From Bacteroidetes bacterium 4572_117 (lineage in GTDB: Bacteria > Bacteroidota > Bacteroidia > Bacteroidales > NBLH01), in NCBI GenBank assembly GCA_002084525.1, contig NBLH01000001.1:1-37799 (forward strand): 37,799 bases of DNA, given 5' to 3'. The notes beneath the pieces were generated by a model, which worked only from the letters and a program-made list of their open reading frames with translations, searched no databases and had not been told where the DNA came from. Shown in pieces: positions 26,349 to 34,335 of the stretch. How positions within the stretch are numbered: the stretch's first letter is position 1; each line of letters starts with the position of its first letter. The position numbers and the translations under genes are program-made.

Positions 26349-27905
26349 TTATAAGGGTTTTGGGTTTAAAACTATAAGTGGGATAAGCATTTCTTCAAGT
26401 GATATTCCACCATGTTGAAAAGTGTTTTTGAAATAATTAACATAATAATTATAGTTGTTTGGGTATGCAAAAAAATCTTTATTGGTTGCAAATACGTATT
26501 TTGAGCTTAAAAAGGATTTAGGCAACATTATATCTTCCGGATTATTAATCTCACAAACTTCTTTTTGTTTGTAATTAAGGTTTTTCCCTTGCTTATACCT
26601 TAGGTTTGTTGTTATCTTTTTATCACCAACTATTTTAATTGGGTTGCTTACACGTATTGTTCCGTGGTCTGTGGTTATAACAACTTTTATTTTTCTGTTG
26701 CTTAGCTCTTTTAACAAACTGAGTAATGATGAGTGCTCGAACCACGTTAAAGTTAACGAACGATATGCCGCTTCGTCGTTTGTTAGTTCCCTTATCATTT
26801 GCATTTCGGTTCGTGCGTGCGAAAGCATATCAACAAAATTAAAAACAATAACCGCCAACTGATTCTCTAAAACCGATGAGAGGTTTTCAACAAGCTTCTC
26901 CCCGGCTTTGTTGTTCAATATTTTGTCGTAATAAAATTTATATTTCATCCCAAGCCGCTTTATTTGATTCTCTAAAAGCAACTCTTCATTAAGGTTTTTA
27001 CTACCTTCTTCTTCATCCGAAATCCATAGATCGGGGTAATGTTTTACAATATCCGAAGGCATTAACCCGGCAAACATGGCATTTCTGGCATACTGTGTAG
27101 CTGTTGGCAAAATGCTTGAATAAATTGTTTCTTCCTCAAGCTGATAAAATTCACGAATTACAGGCTGAAGGATTTTCCATTGGTCAAAGCGCAAATTGTC
27201 GATAATAATCATTACTACCTGCTCGTTTTCTAATGCAGGAAATATTTTCTTTTTAAAAATATCAATTGGTAACAGCGGACGCTCCCCAAATTCTTTTGTA
27301 AACCATCCTGCATAGTTTCGCTTTATAAATTTTGCAAAAGAGTGGTTTGCTTCATCTTTCTGCAATTTTATTACCTCGTCCATTGTATTATCGCCAGATT
27401 GCTCAATTTCTAATTCCCAAAATACGAGTTTTTTATATATTTCGGCCCATTCCAAAAAATCGTTACATTGATTAATTCTCATACTTATTTTCGAAAACTC
27501 CATTTGATAATCCCTAGTTGTTTTCTGAGTTATAAGCCGCTTGGTATCAACGTTTTTTTTGATGGCAAGCAAGATTTGCTTTGGATTAACAGGTTTTATT
27601 AGGTAGTCGGCAATTTTGGCACCAATTGCCCTGTCCATTATATCTTCCTCCTCGCTTTTGGTAACCATTACAATTGGAATTGTAGGATAAATACTTTTTA
27701 TTAAATCCAAAGTTTCCAAACCACTTAAACCTGGCATGTGTTCGTCAAGGAATATTATGTCAAAATGATTTTCATGAACAAAAGAAATAGCATCATCGCC
27801 ATTATTGGCGGTAACAACCTCATAACCTTTTTCTTGTAGAAAAAAAATATGCATTTTTAACAGGTCAATTTCATCATCTGCCCACAGGATTTTTATTTTT
27901 CTCAT
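26349..27905 (-). CDS. porX: PorX-type response regulator with PglZ/alkaline-phosphatase-like domain
   Basis: Receiver domain (ILWADDE, LDEHMPG, TKSEEE, KP) plus IDNLRFDQW, LPTATQYARN, TTDHG, FQHGGISLEE; abuts tsaE. Confidence 0.93.
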   Translation of the reverse strand: MRKIKILWADDEIDLLKMHIFFLQEKGYEVVTANNGDDAISFVHENHFDIIFLDEHMPGLSGLETLDLIKSIYPTIPIVMVTKSEEEDIMDRAIGAKIADYLIKPVNPKQILLAIKKNVDTKRLITQKTTRDYQMEFSKISMRINQCNDFLEWAEIYKKLVFWELEIEQSGDNTMDEVIKLQKDEANHSFAKFIKRNYAGWFTKEFGERPLLPIDIFKKKIFPALENEQVVMIIIDNLRFDQWKILQPVIREFYQLEEETIYSSILPTATQYARNAMFAGLMPSDIVKHYPDLWISDEEEGSKNLNEELLLENQIKRLGMKYKFYYDKILNNKAGEKLVENLSSVLENQLAVIVFNFVDMLSHARTEMQMIRELTNDEAAYRSLTLTWFEHSSLLSLLKELSNRKIKVVITTDHGTIRVSNPIKIVGDKKITTNLRYKQGKNLNYKQKEVCEINNPEDIMLPKSFLSSKYVFATNKDFFAYPNNYNYYVNYFKNTFQHGGISLEEMLIPLIVLNPKPL

Positions 27906-27923
27906 ATAAATATGCTTATTTTA

Positions 27924-27931
27924 CAAATATA
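27924..27931 (-). promoter_or_regulatory. sigmaA -7 element of porX
   Basis: Minus strand TATATTTG, 18 nt before the ATG. Confidence 0.55.
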
Positions 27932-28011
27932 TAAATTCTTTTACATTAGCTGTGTTGTTAAATTGCCAAATTGTTATATTGTTTGATGTTTTAACAAATT
28001 TTTATGCTTAA

Positions 28012-28323
28012 GGCCACCTCTAATAATTAATTTACGGCAAGATTAACTTCGTTGAGGGCTAAAGCCGTTTTCAGAGTTTTTATAGAAAATGGAAATTTTA
28101 GAAGTACTATCGGGATAATACAATGAAATTTGCAGAAGTATATGGAAAACTCTGAAAACCCTATGGGAACAAATCTACTAAACAATCTGACATCGTTAAA
28201 ATATTTTCAAATAGCTCGGCTATTAAAAAATATTTATGCCCCTGTAATATTTCATAACAGGGTAAACTTGCATATTGTTCATTATATTTGTTTCTTGCAA
28301 AAAAGTAATTAATAGAAGTGGCC
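28012..28323. mobile_element. 312-bp MITE with terminal inverted repeats and TTAA (or TA) target duplication
   Basis: Left GGCCACCTCTAATAATTA; right reverse complement GGCCACTTCTATTAATTA; TTAA at 28008-28011 and 28324-28327; second partial copy at 24433. Confidence 0.9.
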
Positions 28324-28372
28324 TTAAAGAAATTACCATGGTTCAAAATTTAATAGTTGAATCATAATAATA

Positions 28373-28380
28373 TATATTTG
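28373..28380 (+). promoter_or_regulatory. sigmaA -7 element upstream of tatD
   Basis: TATATTTG followed by CA. Confidence 0.55.
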
Positions 28381-28516
28381 CAAAGTTTATTTAAATGGCT
28401 TGTATACAAGATTTTAACTGCATCACACTTAACGTAATTCGCTGAAATACAACAATATAAATATAGGAAGTGATATTCAAAACAAACTTAAACAATTCGC
28501 AACAAAGCAATACAAT

Positions 28517-29290
28517 ATGATATTGATAGATACACACACCCATCTTTTTTTGGAACAGTTTGATGATGATCGTAACAAAGTAGTTGAAGATTCTATAAAA
28601 AACGGTGTCAAAAAACTTTTTATCCCAAATATTGACAGCAGTACAACTGAAAAAGTTGTTAAAATGGGCAAAGATTACCCTGGTATTTGTTATCCTATTA
28701 TCGGTTTGCACCCCACCTCTGTTAAAGGAAATTATCGTGAAGAATTAGAACATGTAGAGCAATGGTTGAGCAAAGAAAAATTTTATGGTATTGGTGAAAC
28801 CGGCATTGATTTGTATTGGGACAAAACCTTTAAAAAAGAACAAGAAGAAGCTTTCCGGTATCAAATTAATCTGGCAAAACGTTTAGGCTTGCCATTGATC
28901 ATACATTCAAGGGAATCTTTTGACGAAATTTTTTCTGTTGTTGATGAGTTAAATGACGAAAAACTAAAAGGTGTTTTCCATAGTTTTACAGGGACAATTG
29001 AACAGGCAAAGAAAATTTTATCGTACAAAGGTTTTAAAATTGGGATTGGTGGCATTGTAACATTCAAAAATTCGGGTTTGGCCAATGTTGTTGCAAAAAT
29101 TGATGTCGGGCATTTGGTACTCGAAACAGATTCGCCATATCTTGCCCCCACACCAATGCGGGGCAGAAGGAACGAAAGTTCGTATTTAAAATTAATTGCA
29201 CAAAAACTTGCTGATGTTTATTGTGTTGATATTGAAACTGTTGCAAATATAACAAGCCAAAATGCTAAAAAACTCTTTGCAATAGCGTAA
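28517..29290 (+). CDS. tatD: TatD family hydrolase
   Basis: IDTHTHL, GLHP, IGETGID, IHSR, VFHSF, ETDSPYLAP.P.RG.RN. Confidence 0.95.
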   Translation: MILIDTHTHLFLEQFDDDRNKVVEDSIKNGVKKLFIPNIDSSTTEKVVKMGKDYPGICYPIIGLHPTSVKGNYREELEHVEQWLSKEKFYGIGETGIDLYWDKTFKKEQEEAFRYQINLAKRLGLPLIIHSRESFDEIFSVVDELNDEKLKGVFHSFTGTIEQAKKILSYKGFKIGIGGIVTFKNSGLANVVAKIDVGHLVLETDSPYLAPTPMRGRRNESSYLKLIAQKLADVYCVDIETVANITSQNAKKLFAIA

Positions 29291-29323
29291 TTCTTTTATT
29301 CATGATAATGAAAATGTATTTTT

Positions 29324-30367
29324 ATGACAAAACAACCTTCTATATTAATCATATACACCGGTGGAACAATAGGGATGATCAATGACCCCGAGACTGGTTC
29401 GTTGGCAGCATTTGATTTTGAAAACATTTCAGTTAAGGTTCCCGCTCTAAAAAGATTTGGCTATAAGTTAAACACAATATCTTTTGACAAACCCATCGAT
29501 TCGTCTAATGTTAATCCTGCTGTATGGATTAAATTGGCAGAAATTATTAAAGAAAACCACAATAAATATGATGGTTTTGTTATTTTACACGGTACTGACA
29601 CCATGTCCTACTCAGCCTCGGCTTTAAGTTTTATGCTGGAAAATTTGCATAAACCTGTAATTTTCACGGGTTCGCAATTACCTATCGAAACAATAAGGAC
29701 TGATGGGAAAGAAAACCTGATTACCTCAATTGAAATTGCCGCAGCCAAAAAAAATGACAAACCGGTTGTACCCGAGGTATGCATTTACTTTGAAAATCGT
29801 TTATATCGTGGCAACCGGACACGAAAATATAATGCCGAACATTTTGATGCTTTTGAATCACCCAATTATCCGGCACTTGCCAAGGTTGGTATCCATATAA
29901 CATATAATTATGATGCAATACATTACCCCAGACAAAATAAAGTAATAAATATAAAAACCAATTTAGATACAAATATTGGGATATTGAAGCTTTTTCCGGG
30001 GATAAGTGAAGAGTTTGTGACTTCTGTATTATCCACAAAAGGTTTAAAAGCAATTGTACTTGAAACATTTGGTTCGGGCAATGCCCCGTTGAACAAATGG
30101 TTTATCTTACAATTGAAGGATGCTATTGAAAAAAAAATAGTTATATTAAATATTACGCAGTGTAATGCGGGCAGGGTTGATCAAGGAAGGTATGAAACCA
30201 GTGCCGAGCTAAATGAAATAGGGGTAATAGGTGGCGGCGATTTAACTACAGAGGCGGCAATTACCAAGCTTATGTTTTTATTTGGGCAACAATTAAAACT
30301 ATCAGAAATTAAAAATTATTTACAGGTTTCAATGGCAGGCGAAATTAGTTTCGAGGTAAATTATTGA
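29324..30367 (+). CDS. ansA: L-asparaginase type I (cytoplasmic)
   Basis: YTGGTIGM, IDSS, HGTDTM, FTGSQLP, ETFGSGN. Confidence 0.95.
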   Translation: MTKQPSILIIYTGGTIGMINDPETGSLAAFDFENISVKVPALKRFGYKLNTISFDKPIDSSNVNPAVWIKLAEIIKENHNKYDGFVILHGTDTMSYSASALSFMLENLHKPVIFTGSQLPIETIRTDGKENLITSIEIAAAKKNDKPVVPEVCIYFENRLYRGNRTRKYNAEHFDAFESPNYPALAKVGIHITYNYDAIHYPRQNKVINIKTNLDTNIGILKLFPGISEEFVTSVLSTKGLKAIVLETFGSGNAPLNKWFILQLKDAIEKKIVILNITQCNAGRVDQGRYETSAELNEIGVIGGGDLTTEAAITKLMFLFGQQLKLSEIKNYLQVSMAGEISFEVNY

Positions 30368-30460
30368 TATTTAAAAAGATTTTTTCAACTAAAGTTTTCA
30401 TAATAGATTTTTTTTTATAATTTCGTCTCATTAATGTTGCCTTCATAATGTGGTAATTAT

Positions 30461-30549
30461 GGAGAGGTGGCCGAGTGGTCGAAGGCGCACGCTTGGAAAG
30501 CGTGTATCTGCTTATCGGCGGATCGTGGGTTCGAATCCCACTCTCTCCG
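30461..30549 (+). tRNA. tRNA-Ser(GGA)
   Basis: GGAGAGG acceptor stem, GCCGAGTGGTCGAAGGC D arm, CACGC-TT-GGA-AA-GCGTG anticodon arm, long variable arm, GGTTCGAATCC T loop; CCA not encoded. Confidence 0.97.
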
Positions 30550-30632
30550 CAGGGGCAGGGGTAATTTGTAATTAAAATTAAATAGTTAATATATTAGTTA
30601 AATTTCAAACATTAAATTTCAAAAAATCGATT

Positions 30633-31442
30633 ATGAAAAAAATTTTTGTGCTTATTGCCATAATGGGGATGCTCTTGGGAGCAAATACTGTTGTATATGC
30701 TCAGAATGAAAATGAACAGGATACAACTAAGAAAGAAACTGTAGAACAAACTTCGCAAGACACAGAAGTTGTAGTTGAAGAAACTGAAGGTCTTCCAGAA
30801 GATGAAGTGCCTATGCACCAACAAGTTAAAAAGAAATTTATTGAGGGTGGTGCCGGGTTTATGTCGTCTGTGTTATTAGCCCTTATTTTAGGTTTAGCAG
30901 TTGCTATTGAAAGGATTATTTATTTGAACTTAGCAAGCACCAATACCAAAAAATTATTGATTAGTGTGGAAAATGCACTTGACGAGGGTGGTGTTGAAGC
31001 AGCAAAAGAAGTTTGCCGTAACACAAAAGGGCCTGTTGCAAGTATTTTTTATCAAGGTTTAGACCGTGCCGATGAAGGTGTCGAGATAGTTGAAAAATCG
31101 GTAGTTTCATATGGTAGTGTACAAATGGGGCTTTTAGAAAAAGGCTTAACTTGGTTAGCACTATTTATTTCTCTTGCCCCTATGCTTGGTTTCATGGGTA
31201 CAGTAATCGGTATGATTGGTGCATTTGACTCTATTCAGGCCGCAGGTGATATTTCTCCAGCATTGGTTGCCGGTGGTATTAAAGTAGCCTTGATTACAAC
31301 CGTTTCTGGTTTGATTGTTGCAATTATATTACAAGTTTTTTACAACTATATCGTTTCTAAAATAGATAGCATTGTTAACCAAATGGAAGATGCATCCATT
31401 TCTTTAATTGATATTTTTGTAAAATATAACGCAAAAAAATAA
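30633..31442 (+). CDS. exbB: MotA/TolQ/ExbB proton channel protein
   Basis: Signal peptide, APMLGFMGTVIGMI.AF, VAGGIKVALITT. Confidence 0.93.
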   Translation: MKKIFVLIAIMGMLLGANTVVYAQNENEQDTTKKETVEQTSQDTEVVVEETEGLPEDEVPMHQQVKKKFIEGGAGFMSSVLLALILGLAVAIERIIYLNLASTNTKKLLISVENALDEGGVEAAKEVCRNTKGPVASIFYQGLDRADEGVEIVEKSVVSYGSVQMGLLEKGLTWLALFISLAPMLGFMGTVIGMIGAFDSIQAAGDISPALVAGGIKVALITTVSGLIVAIILQVFYNYIVSKIDSIVNQMEDASISLIDIFVKYNAKK

Positions 31443-31448
31443 TTTATT

Positions 31449-31925
31449 ATGGGTAATATGTCAAAAATTACTTCAGTATTGCTTTATGCGCTTATGGCCA
31501 TCTCGGTCATATTACTGATTTTATTCTTCAAAGCTACTGCCAATATTCCGGCAGAAACAGACTTTGACACACAGATTGAATTGTATGGTGGCCTACTTGA
31601 TATAATGATGTACTGGGCATATATTTTAATTGGGCTTGCCGCAGTTGCTGCCATTATTTTTCCACTTATAAAAATGGTTACTAACCCTAAAGATGCTGTG
31701 AAAACACTAATTTCTTTTGCTGTGGTTGCCGTTTTTGTATTTATTGCTTATACATTGGCTGACGATACAGTATATACAACTGCTGAGTTACCAGGATATG
31801 ATGGTGCTGATAATGTACCAGGCACATTAAAATTTGCAGGTACTATGCTATGGACAACATACTTATTGTTTTTTGGTGTTATTGCTAGTATTTTATATGC
31901 AGAAATTTCAAAAGTTTTTAAATAA
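31449..31925 (+). CDS. Conserved four-TM membrane protein of the Bacteroidota exbB-exbD operon
   Basis: Four hydrophobic helices and NPK motif; located between exbB and exbD. Confidence 0.8.
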   Translation: MGNMSKITSVLLYALMAISVILLILFFKATANIPAETDFDTQIELYGGLLDIMMYWAYILIGLAAVAAIIFPLIKMVTNPKDAVKTLISFAVVAVFVFIAYTLADDTVYTTAELPGYDGADNVPGTLKFAGTMLWTTYLLFFGVIASILYAEISKVFK

Positions 31926-31931
31926 TCCGGA

Positions 31932-31953
31932 CTGCCCCATTTAATTGGGGCAG
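31932..31953 (+). other. Intercistronic GC hairpin (no U tract)
   Basis: CTGCCCCA-TTTAAT-TGGGGCAG, about 18 nt before the exbD start. Confidence 0.6.
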
Positions 31954-31971
31954 CCATTAATATTATATATT

Positions 31972-32550
31972 ATGGCAAGACCTGTTCAGGAAATAAATGC
32001 TGGTTCAATGGCAGACATTGCTTTCTTGTTGCTTATATTCTTTTTGGTAACCACAACTATGGATGTGGACTCAGGGATAACAAGAAAACTATCTGCTATA
32101 CCACCTGAAGATCAACCTAAACCACCTGATGTAAAAGAAAGGAACGTTTATATTGTACTTATTAATCAGCATAATCAATTAGCTGTTGAGGGTGAATTAA
32201 TGTCAATAAATAAGCTTTGTGACGGCGTCAAAGAGTTTATAAAAAACCCTCATGATAACAAAAACTTATCAGAGAAAAAAGAGCCTGAAGAAATACAGTT
32301 CTTAGGTATGGTGGCTCGTTCTAAAGGTGTTGTATCTTTACAAAATGACAAAGGTACTTCGTATCACAAGTATATTGAAGTTCAAAATGAACTTGTTAGG
32401 GCTTTTAATGAGCTGAGAAACGAACTATCAATGAAAACATTTGGTATGGCTTTTAAAGATTTAGCCAACGATAAGCAAGCTTCTATAAAGAAAGCTTATC
32501 CTATGACTATTTCAGAAGCTGAACCAAGAAATATTGGAGGGAAAAAATAA
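31972..32550 (+). CDS. exbD: Biopolymer transporter ExbD/TolR
   Basis: EINAGSMADIAFLLLIFFLVTTT; ATG 31972 preferred. Confidence 0.92.
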   Translation: MARPVQEINAGSMADIAFLLLIFFLVTTTMDVDSGITRKLSAIPPEDQPKPPDVKERNVYIVLINQHNQLAVEGELMSINKLCDGVKEFIKNPHDNKNLSEKKEPEEIQFLGMVARSKGVVSLQNDKGTSYHKYIEVQNELVRAFNELRNELSMKTFGMAFKDLANDKQASIKKAYPMTISEAEPRNIGGKK

Positions 32551-33014
32551 TGGCTAAATTTGCAAGAAAAGGAAAAGGTGGGACACCCGCAATATCTACA
32601 GCTTCGTTACCCGACATTGTTTTTATGCTACTTTTTTTCTTTATGGTTACTACTGTAATGCGTGAGGTTGATTTAAAAATTTCAGTTAAATTGCCACAAG
32701 CTACAGAGGTAAAAAAGCTTGAGAAAAAATCCTTGGTTAGCTACATTTATGTTGGTGCACCCATTAAGGCTTATCAGAAAAAGTTTGGTACTGAGCCAAG
32801 GCTTCAGTTAAACGATGAATTATCGAAAATTACTGATGTGGTAAACTATATTTCGGCAGAGCGTGAAAAAATGGATGAAAATGACATACCTTTTATGACC
32901 ACTTCGATTAAAGCAGATATGGAAGTAAAAATGGGTATCATTACTGATATTAAACAAGAATTGAAAAAAGCACAAGCATTAAAAATAAATTATTCAACCC
33001 GGAAAAAACTTTAA
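32550..33014 (+). CDS. exbD: Biopolymer transporter ExbD/TolR (second paralogue)
   Basis: STASLPDIVFMLLFFFMV, IKAD...MG; 1-nt TAATG overlap with the upstream gene. Confidence 0.92.
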   Translation: MAKFARKGKGGTPAISTASLPDIVFMLLFFFMVTTVMREVDLKISVKLPQATEVKKLEKKSLVSYIYVGAPIKAYQKKFGTEPRLQLNDELSKITDVVNYISAEREKMDENDIPFMTTSIKADMEVKMGIITDIKQELKKAQALKINYSTRKKL

Positions 33015-33033
33015 TTTTTTCGGTTTAATGTGC

Positions 33034-33074
33034 AAACAAAAATAGGAATCCCGAAAGGATTCCTATTTTTGTTT
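33034..33074. terminator. Intrinsic terminator of the exbB/exbD operon
   Basis: AAACAAAAATAGGAATCC-CGAAA-GGATTCCTATTTTTGTTT. Confidence 0.9.
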
Positions 33075-33161
33075 ATCCTTATACTAATGATATGAAGCTT
33101 TTCTCTAAAAACAAAGTTTTGCGATGATTATCGAATATCAGTTTGTTGCAAGATTAATAAA

Positions 33162-33200
33162 AATCTGTGTGAATCCGTTAAATCCGTGTTATCTGCGTTC
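33162..33200. repeat. Tandem ~9-nt repeats (ATCYGYGT-like)
   Basis: AATCTGTGT-GAATCCGTT-AAATCCGTGT-TATCTGCGTTC. Confidence 0.6.
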
Positions 33201-33478
33201 TTATTTTTGTTTGTAGCGAAGCTATGCTATAGGTTCTGAGCTCTCAAAAATGATTGGTCTGTAAAAACAAATCTCAAGTTTACCCTGTAATAAAATGTAT
33301 CAGGGTATGTGGAAATTTACTGAGAATATTGCTAAATTGTTTTATTGCTAAATAACAGCAATATAACAGTTTAACAATTTAGCAATTTACTCCCAATATT
33401 AACGACTATTTGCGATTTAAAAGCATAAATCTTTAATTTTTGTGAGTTCTGAGATTGTAATTATAATTAATTTAGTAA

Positions 33479-34150
33479 ATGGAATTTGACTGGTCGCCGT
33501 TGCTCCTTACTTTAAAACTGGCATCAATTACTACTTTTATCCTTTTATTAATTGGTATACCCCTTTCGTATTGGTTGGCATTTTCAAAATTCCGTTTCAA
33601 ATTTGTTATCGATGCGTTAGTTAGTATGCCATTGGTATTGCCACCTTCGGTTCTTGGTTTTTATCTTTTAGTAGCATTTAGCCAGCAAAACGTATTTGGC
33701 AAATTCCTATATGAACACTTGGGGCTTCAATTTGTGTTTTCATTTGAAGGTTTAGTGTTGGCATCCGTAATTTTTAGTCTCCCATTCATGGTACACCCTA
33801 TTAAATCGGGCTTAAATTCTGTACCGCTAAACTTAAACGAGGCTGCTCAAACTCTTGGTAAATCAAGGTTCATAATCCTTAAAAAAATCCTTATCCCAAA
33901 TATAAAACCTGCTTTGTTAAGTGGTATAGTTTTAAGTTTTGCCCACACTATTGGCGAATTTGGTGTTGTTTTAATGATTGGAGGGAATATCCCAAACCAA
34001 ACAAGGGTAGCCTCTATAGCTATTTACGACGAAGTAGAAGCTTTAAACTACGATACTGCAAATATGTATGCGTTAATATTATTTACTATTAGTTTTTCAA
34101 TTTTAATAGTTGTAAATTACTTTAATAAAAAACATGTAAGCACTTTCTAG
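33479..34150 (+). CDS. modB: Molybdate ABC transporter permease
   Basis: MPLVLPPSVLGFYLL, EAAQTLG, FAHTIGEFGVVLMIGGNIP..T. Confidence 0.95.
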   Translation: MEFDWSPLLLTLKLASITTFILLLIGIPLSYWLAFSKFRFKFVIDALVSMPLVLPPSVLGFYLLVAFSQQNVFGKFLYEHLGLQFVFSFEGLVLASVIFSLPFMVHPIKSGLNSVPLNLNEAAQTLGKSRFIILKKILIPNIKPALLSGIVLSFAHTIGEFGVVLMIGGNIPNQTRVASIAIYDEVEALNYDTANMYALILFTISFSILIVVNYFNKKHVSTF

Positions 34151-34329
34151 TAGTGCGTTTTTTAATTAACGTAGCATAAATTTGTTTTAGATTTTTTCTT
34201 TAGGCAAGGCAAAATTCTTAAGCATTACCTGTTCCGCCAGAGCGGAAGCCGTAGCTACGGTTAATAATTTTAACGGCGCATAAAGGAAAAAGGTTTACAA
34301 ATTTGATATGTTAATTAGGAATCGCACTA
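34151..34329. mobile_element. 179-bp quasi-palindromic MITE flanked by CTAG
   Basis: Left TAGTGCGTTTTTTAATTAACGTAGCATAAATTTGT; right reverse complement TAGTGCGATTCCTAATTAACATATCAAATTTGT; CTAG at 34147-34150 and 34330-34333. Confidence 0.85.
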
Positions 34330-34335
34330 CTAGTA

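Noticed and set aside
26349-27905. BREX defence system suggested by the PglZ domain
   Set aside because: PglZ is fused to a receiver domain next to tsaE (PorX architecture); no other brx genes
28130-28346. ORFs 28130..28312 and 28161..28346 as a transposase or small proteins
   Set aside because: They lie in the MITE, lack DDE/HUH motifs, and their frame is not preserved in the second copy
30549-30632. Integrative element at tRNA-Ser
   Set aside because: No integrase or duplicated tRNA 3' end; core exbB operon follows directly
5301-33388. CRISPR array
   Set aside because: Repeats are 8-9 nt tandem units with no unique spacers, and there are no cas genes
33236-33452. Possible further MITE (GAGCTCTCAAAAAT ... 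ATTTTTGTGAGTTC)
   Set aside because: Short, mismatched, AT-rich inverted repeat with no clear target duplication
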